Shown here in pieces: positions 1 to 8,122 of a stretch of 64,000 nt of DNA. The position numbers and the translations under genes were made by a program. The notes beneath the pieces are model-generated. The model was not told where the DNA came from and made no database searches. It saw only the letters and a list, made by a program, of their open reading frames with translations. The stretch comes from Pseudomonadota bacterium (GTDB lineage Bacteria; Pseudomonadota; Gammaproteobacteria; Xanthomonadales; Rhodanobacteraceae). Numbering within the stretch: position 1 is the stretch's first letter; each line of letters begins with the position of its first letter. Where the stretch lies: the NCBI GenBank assembly GCA_021795435.1, contig JAJYPJ010000002.1, positions 33,595-97,594 of the forward strand. The letters run 5' to 3'.

Positions 1-184
1 GGCTGACTGCAAGTCGATATGGCGTTGCTCCCGCGCCCAGGTCATGCTGACGCCGATGGCGCCTATTGGCAGCCCATCGCGTGCCCGCATGGAGCGCCTG
101 CCACACGGGAGAACGCCGCTTGTTGCCGCGGCTGTGCGGGCGCCGTCCCCCACATGCCGGCATCGGGGATGCAAGCCGTCTCGC

Positions 185-190
185 TACAAT
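185..190 (+). promoter_or_regulatory. putative sigma70 -10 element (TACAAT) of purD
   Basis: TACAAT 27 nt upstream of the purD ATG at 218; no clear -35. Confidence 0.35.
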
Positions 191-217
191 TGACCTTTAC
201 TGTGTATGGAAGCGGAC

Positions 218-1498
218 ATGAAGGTTTTGGTCATCGGCAGTGGCGGTCGGGAACACGCGCTGGCATGGAAGCTTGCACAGTCGCCGGCGGTCGAGGAAGT
301 TCTGGTGGCTCCAGGCAACGCAGGTCTCATGCACGAAGCCTGTGTTCGCAACGCGCCAGTAGCCGCCACCGATATCGAAGGGCTTTTGCAGCTGGTTCGT
401 CGCGAGCAGGTAGCACTGACGGTCGTGGGTCCAGAGGCACCCTTGGCATTGGGTGTGGTGAATGCCTTTCGTACAGCTGGCCTCCGTTGCTTTGGTCCGA
501 CGCGTGAGGCGGCGCAGATCGAAAGCTCGAAGGCCTTTGCAAAGGATTTTTTGCGCGACCATCGAATACCCACGGCCGACTACGCCGTTTTCTCAGAACT
601 GGCCCCGGCCTTGGCGTACGTGCGCAAGCGCGGAACCCCGATCGTGATCAAAGCCGATGGACTGGCGTCCGGCAAGGGCGTTGTGGTTGCCACGAGCCAA
701 GCCGAAGCCGAGGCGGCACTGCACAACATGCTGGGCAATGGATCACTAGGCGAGGCAGGCGCCCGCGTCGTGGTCGAAGACTTCCTTGAGGGCGAGGAAG
801 TGAGCTTTATGGCCCTGTGCGACGGCAAACATGCGTTGCCGCTTGCCAGCAGCCAGGATCACAAGCGCCGCGATGATGGCGATCGAGGTCCCAATACCGG
901 TGGCATGGGTGCTTATTCGCCAGCGCCGGTAATGACGGCATCCGTTGAAGCGCAGGTGATGTCTCGAATCATTCGCCCCACCCTTGCGGGCCTGGCTGAG
1001 GCGGGCATGCCATTCACGGGCTTCTTGTATGCAGGGCTCATGGTTAGCCCCGACGGAACGGCGCGAGTCGTCGAATTCAATGCGCGCTTGGGTGACCCGG
1101 AGACGCAGCCGCTGCTTCTACGTCTCGATTCGGATCTGGTCCAGCTGATCGAATTGGCTCTCGACGGCCGCCTCGATGAGGGGCACGTGGCGTGGGATCC
1201 TCGTCCTGCCCTGGGAGTCGTGCTCGCGGCGCACGGCTATCCGGCGGAGGTAAGAACGGGCGATGAGATCAGCGGGCTCGATTTCCCACTCCCGCCGGAC
1301 GTCAAGCTTTTCCATGCGGGGACCTGCTTGTCCGAGGATGGCCGCATTGTTTCGTGCGGCGGCCGCGTTCTCACGGCTTGCGCGCTTGGCGAGACCCTCT
1401 CCGTCGCTCGAGAGGCGGCGTATGCCGCGCTATCCCACGTACGTCTTGACGGCAGCTTTTGCCGCCATGACATCGGATTCCGCGCCCTGCATCGATGA
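218..1498 (+). CDS. purD: phosphoribosylamine--glycine ligase
   Basis: MKVLVIGSGGREHALAWKL N-terminus, KADGLASGKGV, QDHKR, GPNTGGMGAY, EFNARLGDPETQ motifs; start placed at ATG 218. Confidence 0.97.
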   Translation: MKVLVIGSGGREHALAWKLAQSPAVEEVLVAPGNAGLMHEACVRNAPVAATDIEGLLQLVRREQVALTVVGPEAPLALGVVNAFRTAGLRCFGPTREAAQIESSKAFAKDFLRDHRIPTADYAVFSELAPALAYVRKRGTPIVIKADGLASGKGVVVATSQAEAEAALHNMLGNGSLGEAGARVVVEDFLEGEEVSFMALCDGKHALPLASSQDHKRRDDGDRGPNTGGMGAYSPAPVMTASVEAQVMSRIIRPTLAGLAEAGMPFTGFLYAGLMVSPDGTARVVEFNARLGDPETQPLLLRLDSDLVQLIELALDGRLDEGHVAWDPRPALGVVLAAHGYPAEVRTGDEISGLDFPLPPDVKLFHAGTCLSEDGRIVSCGGRVLTACALGETLSVAREAAYAALSHVRLDGSFCRHDIGFRALHR

Positions 1499-1706
1499 GC
1501 CATTTTTCAAGGGCTCCGTTCCCATCGCATCGCTCATTGAAACGACGGGTTCTCCATGCCCGGTCCCGCGAAGCACCTCCATGAACGACGGGGGTCATGC
1601 GCTTACATCCGGGATGCCAGCTCTGTGAACGGCAACCATCGGAAACGCTCGACGAATCTCCGAGCGTCACCGTCACGCCTGACCGTGGCGCGACCCGAAA
1701 AAAAAG

Positions 1707-2861
1707 TTATTCCGGCAACTCCAGCTTGTCGCCCAGCTTGACCGGCCCCTGCGCATCCATGACGAGCCCATAGCTGACATGGTCGAAAGTGCGAAAGACC
1801 ATCACATGGCCGACGAACTCCGAAGGCAGGGTGACGCGCTTGCCGAACGTGTGATCGAAGCTCGAGGACTCCACGTCGTTGATGATCCGTTCGCCCGGCT
1901 GCCAGATTGCGTACGTCTGACCGTTCCTGACGCCTTCCTCGGATCCGGCTGACAAAGCCACCACCTGCTTGGAGCCCACTGCATCCATGGCGTCATTGAA
2001 CGCGATCACGCGCATGTTGGGTGGCAATGACTTCGGTGCATGCGGGAAATAATTGCTGTCATAGGGATGCGTATCCAGAGGCAGGATACGGTCACCCTTC
2101 CGTATCTCCATCGCGGAAGCCTTCAGCAACGTGGTCGCAGGGCCATGCTCATTGGTCCTGAGAACCTCAACCGTGCCGATGACCTGTGCTTCATAGCCGA
2201 GCGTATGGCCCTTCCCGAAGTGACCATCGCCGATGGTGTTGCGATGCCATGGACCGTTGTACTGGGTCACATCGTCATCGAGATTCTGCGCAATTTGATC
2301 GCGACTGCCGGCATCAGCATTGAACGTGGTGAATACGTGGCTGGGTCGTACAACGGCAAAGCGCTCGCCAGGCTTGACGCCCTTCAGACCCATGACATAG
2401 ACGAACTCTCCCGGCGCACCACGAGGCTCGTTGTCTTCGAAGCCGACTACATACGGCGCATTGGCCAAGGCACTTCGATGCGCGAAAACACGAAGGTCGA
2501 CGAGATATGTTTCCAGTTCAGACAGGGGGATCGGAGCGACTGCTTCGCTGAGCGGCGTGGCAACGGCCCGCGGCTTGAGCACCAGTGCTGGCATGCCGTT
2601 GCCCAGATAAGCAAGGCTGAGCACATCGCCAGGATAGATATGGTGGGGGTTATGCACTTGTGGGTTGGCCTGCCAGATCTCGGGCCAAAGCCATGGCTTG
2701 TTGAGGAATCGCGCCGCAATGCTCCACAGCGTGTCGCCTTTCTTGACGACATACGTGTCGGGATGGTCCTTTCGCAGCATGCCCGAGCCCGCAGCATAGG
2801 CGGCCACTACGGTGAATGCGATCAGCACACCGGTCAAAAGCGCAAGAGACTTCTTAAGCAT
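1707..2861 (-). CDS. LysM peptidoglycan-binding domain protein (secreted)
   Basis: signal peptide MLKKSLALL..., LysM motif YVVKKGDTLWSIAARFL..PWLWPEIWQANPQVHNPHHIYPGDVL; family normally divergent from def; start at ATG 2861 after GGGGA. Confidence 0.9.
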   Translation of the reverse strand: MLKKSLALLTGVLIAFTVVAAYAAGSGMLRKDHPDTYVVKKGDTLWSIAARFLNKPWLWPEIWQANPQVHNPHHIYPGDVLSLAYLGNGMPALVLKPRAVATPLSEAVAPIPLSELETYLVDLRVFAHRSALANAPYVVGFEDNEPRGAPGEFVYVMGLKGVKPGERFAVVRPSHVFTTFNADAGSRDQIAQNLDDDVTQYNGPWHRNTIGDGHFGKGHTLGYEAQVIGTVEVLRTNEHGPATTLLKASAMEIRKGDRILPLDTHPYDSNYFPHAPKSLPPNMRVIAFNDAMDAVGSKQVVALSAGSEEGVRNGQTYAIWQPGERIINDVESSSFDHTFGKRVTLPSEFVGHVMVFRTFDHVSYGLVMDAQGPVKLGDKLELPE

Positions 2862-2947
2862 GGCTGGCAATTCCCCGTTCCCCTTAGGGTTTTTCGAGTG
2901 TAGCCCCAGTTTTGCCGACAACGCCAGCCAAGCTGGAGAGGTGCCCG

Positions 2948-3023
2948 TGTAGTCGAAACACCAAAGTTTGTACCGAATGTACACACTTTGGTGTCGAAAC
3001 CCCCTGTACCAACTTTGGTGTCG
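2948..3023. repeat. three ~19 bp repeats (one inverted, two direct), possible transposase/recombinase/repressor binding array
   Basis: CGAAACACCAAAGTTTGTAC (2954-2973, inverted), TGTACACACTTTGGTGTCG (2978-2996), TGTACCAACTTTGGTGTCG (3005-3023); preceded by TGT at 2948. Confidence 0.8.
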
Positions 3024-3417
3024 CGCGGCATCGTGCGGTACTGGACTCTTCAGCCCATTGTTTCTACTTCACTTTCCGGTTTTCAATGAGAACCGGCTGC
3101 AGATGAGAATGCAGTCACGCGTTCAGGATGGACGCGCTGCCGAGTCGAGGCTATGTTGCGGCGCAGCGTCGCGAATCGTGCGCCCCATCACCCCACCGCC
3201 GGCAGACGGCCCAACTCGATCGTCGTCGCATATACCCGTCGGGCGTCCGCCGCCGTCAAATGCCGCTCAAGACCTTGGCGCAACTGCGCCCGTTGTGTTG
3301 GCGTTGGCACCAGGCTGCCGGTCAGGGATGGTGAATGAAGTCCCCGTGCGACCGCGATGTCCAACCGGCGCAGCCGCACCCCCCCTGATCAAGTTTCGCC
3401 GGGCGTCAGCGAATGAA

Positions 3418-5115
3418 CTACGGATTGCTTAGGAACAGTTGCTGCAACTCCCTGCCCCCATTCTGGGGACATCCTGATTGATCGGGGTCGACCAACTGAA
3501 AATTCGCGGTGTTCCCGGGATAGTCGTAGCTGTTGACCAGATAGCCGGAGCTCCAGTACGGCCCATCCCATGCGTAACCGATTATCCCTATGGAGTGCTG
3601 GGGGAGGTAGGTCTGAATGAATTCGTCCGTGATGGTCTGGTTTGGGTCAGTAGGGCATTCAAAGTCCTCGTCCCAGGCCGTGGCGACCACGGCATAGCCA
3701 CTTTGCTCGAAATTTCCAAACCAGGTATCCCAACTGCTGATGCTTGCGCTCTCACCACCGTTCGCGACGTAGGTAAACGGATGGACCGTGTAGGCAGAAT
3801 TGGACGGCATGCTGGCTGGAACGGTGAATCCATCGAATCCGAAATCGACCCCCTGGCCGTTGAAGAAAAGAACGTTGTTGGGAGCCAGCGCGCGCAGGTA
3901 CTGCCCGACGGTGAGCATCCCCTGATCCGGTTCCGAGCCGCAGCCCGTTTCCCATGCGTTCCAGTCTGGCTGGGTGTAGCTGCCGAGGTTGCAGGCGGCC
4001 ACTGCGTCCGGCTCGTTGAATACTTCAAGGATCACACCCTTGTCGTTGGTCAGGGTCGGGTTGAGGATCTGCTTCCATGCCTGTTCCGTATTGATGTCGG
4101 GAAGCTTTTGGGTGTTCCCGTTTTCGTCTGGGGTGCAGCCGTATTTCTCGGCCTGCATGTCGACGATCACGATGAGACCAGCAGCGCGGGCTTGCGCGAT
4201 GACACTGCGGGCCAAGTCCGTGTAGCTCGAGAGGCCGTGTGCGAATTCGTATTGCAGGGCACCCTGGCTGACGTGGATGCGGACCGTGTTGGCGTGCCAG
4301 TCCTTGATCATTGCCTGGAACGATGCGTTATAAGCAAGACCCTGCAGTGGTGGAGCCGTCAATGCGGCTTCGGCGTCCTCAAGATATTGAACCAATGTTG
4401 CATTCAAAGGGGTGGCCAGGGGGCACAACGTGGCCGCGTAGGAGACGGGGTAGAGAATGCCGTTCGTGTTGAAACCCTGCGGAATGAACCGCGTGCTGGT
4501 GCCGGCAACGACGAGTCGTCCGCCGACGACGGCGACACCCTCGGGCTGGGGCGACGCGTTGACAACAAGCGTCACGGCATCCTGCACGGACACATAATCG
4601 GCGGCATCCGTCGGCGTGAACACTACGGAAAGCGTCTGGTTTCCTGCCGTGCTCATTATCGTGCCCGCTGGCGGTGTGTAGGCAAAGGTCCCCGCAACGC
4701 TGGCAGACGCGTCGAGCTGCATGCTGCTCAACGAAGTGCCCTCGGGGACCGCAGCAGGAGCATCCCACGTGATCGTCGGGGTGGCCTTGTTCACGGTGAT
4801 CGTGGTCGTCACGGTCGTCTGTGAGGCACTGCCGCTACCCGCCGGGGTGAATGTCGCCGTCAGCGTATGCGTGCCAGCGCTCAGCACCGTGCCAATGCCC
4901 GGAGAATACGAGAATGTCCCCTGCGTGTTGGCTGTGGCGTCGAGCTGCGTGGCGCTGAGTGGCGTTCCGTAGGTGATGGCCGCCGGCGCATTCCAATTTA
5001 GAACCACCTGCGGTGTTGCGGGAGAGCTGCTTCCGCCTCCTCCGCAGCCATTGAGCACGAGGAGGAGACCTAGAACACCAGCGATCTTCAGATGCCTATT
5101 GAACACTTTGCACAT
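3418..5115 (-). CDS. lipoprotein with two Ig/MBG-like repeats and a C-terminal glycoside hydrolase family 5 (cellulase-like) TIM barrel
   Basis: lipobox LVLNG-C then GGGGSSS linker; two W.APAA..GT.LS..QLDA...GTF.Y.P..GT...G..TL...FTP repeats; WHANTVRI and LEVFNEP GH5 motifs. Confidence 0.82.
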   Translation of the reverse strand: MCKVFNRHLKIAGVLGLLLVLNGCGGGGSSSPATPQVVLNWNAPAAITYGTPLSATQLDATANTQGTFSYSPGIGTVLSAGTHTLTATFTPAGSGSASQTTVTTTITVNKATPTITWDAPAAVPEGTSLSSMQLDASASVAGTFAYTPPAGTIMSTAGNQTLSVVFTPTDAADYVSVQDAVTLVVNASPQPEGVAVVGGRLVVAGTSTRFIPQGFNTNGILYPVSYAATLCPLATPLNATLVQYLEDAEAALTAPPLQGLAYNASFQAMIKDWHANTVRIHVSQGALQYEFAHGLSSYTDLARSVIAQARAAGLIVIVDMQAEKYGCTPDENGNTQKLPDINTEQAWKQILNPTLTNDKGVILEVFNEPDAVAACNLGSYTQPDWNAWETGCGSEPDQGMLTVGQYLRALAPNNVLFFNGQGVDFGFDGFTVPASMPSNSAYTVHPFTYVANGGESASISSWDTWFGNFEQSGYAVVATAWDEDFECPTDPNQTITDEFIQTYLPQHSIGIIGYAWDGPYWSSGYLVNSYDYPGNTANFQLVDPDQSGCPQNGGRELQQLFLSNP

Positions 5116-5319
5116 CCCTTTGGCTTGATACGCGGAATGTCCGACGTGAATAACTCATTCATTGAGAGAGCAAAAAGGTCCGATCGTCCTTGATACGTGT
5201 TCGCGCCCGCGAGACATCAATCAGTTTGCTGCCTTGCGCTCGGCGTCGACTGACCAGGAACGCTTGCCACTGGCATCAACTGTTGCGCCGAATAGAGGCA
5301 TTTCCCGCTGATCATGCGC

Positions 5320-5392
5320 GTAGCGAGCGCGTTAGCCCGACTTTGTCGGGCGTAATCACACGGCAATATCCCTCGGGGCGGACCCTACGCCC
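5320..5392. repeat. degenerate GTAG-type REP-like palindrome
   Basis: GTAG..GCGCGTTAGCCCGAC-TTT-GTCGGGCGTAATC hairpin; GGGCGTA (5348-5354) / TACGCCC (5386-5392) inverted pair with CCCTAC. Confidence 0.35.
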
Positions 5393-5468
5393 AGTCCTGA
5401 TCGATCAACGCAGCAAGCAGACTTCCGTTGACCGATGGTGTTGTCGGGCAACCCACTCGATCGGCCGG

Positions 5469-5504
5469 CGACGTCCCCCCGCATTGATAAACGGGGGGAC
5501 GTCG
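5469..5504. repeat. perfect 13 bp inverted repeat with 10 nt loop
   Basis: CGACGTCCCCCCG-CATTGATAAA-CGGGGGGACGTCG. Confidence 0.9.
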
Positions 5505-6015
5505 ATGCGTGCCATCCGTTCTGGGCGTTCCCAATTGCGCCGAGCATCACGCTTTGCGGGCCAAAATGTAAACAAATGAGAACGTTCGCCATGCCGCACA
5601 GCCCGGAATCGCATTTGGATGTCAACTGCCACTGGTGACCCGCCGGGGGTCGAATCGCAGACGGCAGGCGACAATGCAGCTGCTCCAGTCCATCTGTGCT
5701 ACGTCCAATAGCTTCCTGCGCGGAAAATCCGGCGATTCGCCCTCGGGGTTCCATGCTGGGGGGGAGCGCCAACTCGCCCAGCGGTCCACCTCCGGGAATT
5801 GGCGACCTCGCAGCTTGAACACCGGCTGCTGGACACGCCCCGCTGTCCATGGCCACAAGTTCTGCGGCAAGACTGGCAATCCCAGAACGACACTCTCGAC
5901 GCGCGCGGCATTCCAGTCAGCAGCCAACCCCATTTTCCGATCCTAAACGCCGCGCATGAACTGGGCCGCCCACGCACGTTCCAGCCGCCTGTCTTCTGGT
6001 AGAAAAGGAGCCACT

Positions 6016-6468
6016 ATGATCTCCATCGCAGTCGAGGCTAAGGCCGGATTCCAGCTTGAGACTCTCGAAGTCCAAGACCACGCAGGCAGCGTCTTCCGCA
6101 TCGCCTGTCCGCCAACCCGAGAGCTCGAGCCGATCGGTTTCGAGCCACTTGGCGAAGCCTTGGCCGATATGATCGAGGACGTCGAACGCCTGTTCGACAC
6201 CGAGACCACCACGATCGTCCTTGAGGTCGTTGAAGACACTATCGTGCCCTTCTATGTCGATGTAGCGGTTGCCCGGTTACTCGCCCGCCATCTCCGGGTC
6301 GGGCTGGTGGTCGTTTGCGGCAACTCGACGACCCACGACGACGAATCGACACTTCCCGAGGCTCTCTGTGCAAGCGTCGATCGCTTGAACCCTTCTGGCG
6401 TCGTATGGCACCCACTCCGGGGCCGATCGATTCCCGGGCGCCGCGGCATCGGCTCGTTGGCTTGCTGA
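6016..6468 (+). CDS. hypothetical protein (150 aa, acidic)
   Basis: strong RBS AAAAGGAG 5 nt before ATG 6016; protein-like composition; no motif recognised. Confidence 0.65.
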   Translation: MISIAVEAKAGFQLETLEVQDHAGSVFRIACPPTRELEPIGFEPLGEALADMIEDVERLFDTETTTIVLEVVEDTIVPFYVDVAVARLLARHLRVGLVVVCGNSTTHDDESTLPEALCASVDRLNPSGVVWHPLRGRSIPGRRGIGSLAC

Positions 6469-6582
6469 ATGACTGACTAATCTAACGCTGCTTTCCCACG
6501 CCTGCTTGCCAGAACTCGCTCGAAATCCCGGGTCGCGACCCAATCAAAGGAGTCAAGGGAGTCGCAACGCCTTGTCCGCCTA

Positions 6583-6588
6583 TACAAT
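6583..6588 (+). promoter_or_regulatory. putative -10 element (TACAAT) of def-fmt-rsmB operon
   Basis: TATACAAT about 60 nt upstream of def ATG. Confidence 0.4.
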
Positions 6589-6650
6589 GGCCCCGCGAGA
6601 GCGGCCGCAACGCGATTAGCGCCCTCTGCGCTCAAACGCCCGAGGCAGCC

Positions 6651-7160
6651 ATGGCCGTACGCGAAATTCTCGAATTCCCGGACTCACGGCTGCGCACGGT
6701 TGCGAAGCCCGTCGTGCAGTTCGACGCAGCGCTCGCCGACCTGGCGCAGGACATGATTGAAACCATGTACGCGGCGCCAGGCATTGGCTTGGCAGCGACG
6801 CAAATTGACGTCCACCAGCGGCTGATCGTTTGTGACGTCAGCGAACACCACGATCAACCCTTGGTCCTGGCGAACCCCAGGATCCTGGCACAGCATGGCG
6901 GACAGACCTACCAAGAGGGATGTCTTTCGGTCCCCGGAATCTTCGCCGATGTCGATCGTGCGCTGTTCGTCACGATTGAAGCCGAGGACCTCTCGGGAAA
7001 GACGATTGTCCTGGAGGCCGAAGGCCTCCTGGCAGTCTGCATCCAGCATGAAATGGATCATCTCCAAGGGAAACTGTTTGTCGACTACCTCTCGCCGCTT
7101 AAGCGCGAGATGGTGCGCCGCAAGTTGGACAAGCGGCGCCGGCAGGCCGCCACTGCCTGA
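6651..7160 (+). CDS. def: peptide deformylase
   Basis: [22 protein letters not shown] motifs. Confidence 0.98.
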   Translation: MAVREILEFPDSRLRTVAKPVVQFDAALADLAQDMIETMYAAPGIGLAATQIDVHQRLIVCDVSEHHDQPLVLANPRILAQHGGQTYQEGCLSVPGIFADVDRALFVTIEAEDLSGKTIVLEAEGLLAVCIQHEMDHLQGKLFVDYLSPLKREMVRRKLDKRRRQAATA

Positions 7161-7162
7161 GC

Positions 7163-8122
7163 ATGGCCGAGTCTTCGCTGAGACTGGTGTTCGCGGGAAC
7201 GCCGGCATTCGCAGTGCCCGCCCTTGAGGCCTGCCTGAGTGCGTCTGGCGTCGAGGTCACCGCGGTCCTCACACAGCCCGACCGCCCGTCCGGGCGTGGC
7301 CGATTGTCGGCGCAGAGTCCCGTCAAGCAAGCAGCCATCGCGACAGGGATTCCAGTGTTGCAGCCGCCATCCCTTAAGGCGCCGGAGGTACTTTCCGACC
7401 TAGCCGGACTGACGCCAGATTTGATGGTCGTGGTCGCTTACGGTCTTATCCTTCCCCGCGCCGTGCTGGCCCTGCCGGTCCACGGCTGCTGGAATCTTCA
7501 TGCCTCGCTGCTTCCGCGCTGGCGCGGTGCGGCGCCGATCCAGCGCGCGCTGGCCGAAGGCGATGCCGAAACCGGTGTCTGTCTCATGCAGATGGAGCCA
7601 GGACTGGACTCGGGTCCGGTTCTGCTTCGCGCCAAGACCCCGATCACCGAATTGGACACGGGCGGTAGCTTGCATGACCGTCTTGCGCAGCTCGGCGCAG
7701 AACTGCTGGTGAAGGGATTGGTTCTGCTTCGCGCCGGAACACCACCGGCGCCACAGCGGCAGCCTCGGTCTGGCGCGACCTATGCGCGCAAGCTGGATAA
7801 ATCCGAATCCCGTCTCGACTTCACTCGGTCAGCCCAGGCGCTGGAGCGTCAGATCCGTGCATTCGATCCTTGGCCAGGCACTGAGGCCGCTGTTGCCGGT
7901 GAAACACTTCGCATCTGGCGGGCGCAAGTGCTGCGCGAGTCGAACGACAGCAACACGCCTACGGTGTCGCCGGGTCACATCATTGCCGCCAGCCGCAGCG
8001 GCATTGACTTTTCCACTGGGCGCGGCGTGCTGCGAGTCACTGAAGTCCAACGTTCGGGTGGCCGCCGGATCCATGCCGCCGACTACCTCAACGCGCGGCC
8101 CGACCTGCGCGTGCGACGGTGA
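7163..8122 (+). CDS. fmt: methionyl-tRNA formyltransferase
   Basis: [46 protein letters not shown]; follows def. Confidence 0.98.
   Translation: MAESSLRLVFAGTPAFAVPALEACLSASGVEVTAVLTQPDRPSGRGRLSAQSPVKQAAIATGIPVLQPPSLKAPEVLSDLAGLTPDLMVVVAYGLILPRAVLALPVHGCWNLHASLLPRWRGAAPIQRALAEGDAETGVCLMQMEPGLDSGPVLLRAKTPITELDTGGSLHDRLAQLGAELLVKGLVLLRAGTPPAPQRQPRSGATYARKLDKSESRLDFTRSAQALERQIRAFDPWPGTEAAVAGETLRIWRAQVLRESNDSNTPTVSPGHIIAASRSGIDFSTGRGVLRVTEVQRSGGRRIHAADYLNARPDLRVRR

Larger units (their letters stand above)
2948..6500. mobile_element. probable accessory insertion/decayed island between LysM gene and def
   Basis: interrupts a normally short divergent LysM/def intergenic region; repeat array at left edge, low coding density, orphan ORF; no transposase and no second end seen; right boundary approximate. 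Confidence 0.45.

Noticed and set aside
20-180. ZMP/ZTP riboswitch upstream of purD (CCACACGGGAG and GCCCAGG fragments)
   Set aside because: The required 5' GACTGGCG and 3' CGCCTGGGC pseudoknot elements are not present in the right order and orientation.
2954-3023. Mini CRISPR array
   Set aside because: The repeats are only ~19 bp, in mixed orientation, with 4-8 bp gaps and no cas genes.
3478-4824. Long antisense ORFs (also 11045-12211, 12977-14386, 21623-22855, 28291-29781, 51106-52233)
   Set aside because: Shadow frames of well-supported genes on the opposite strand, expected in high-GC DNA; no motifs.
5622-5933. 103 aa minus-strand ORF in the island
   Set aside because: No RBS or recognisable motif, and several competing short frames; cannot be supported as a gene.
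6480-6620. Integron attC after the orphan ORF (ATCTAAC inverse core)
   Set aside because: No complementary GTTRRRY core or long imperfect palindrome downstream, and no integrase in the window.
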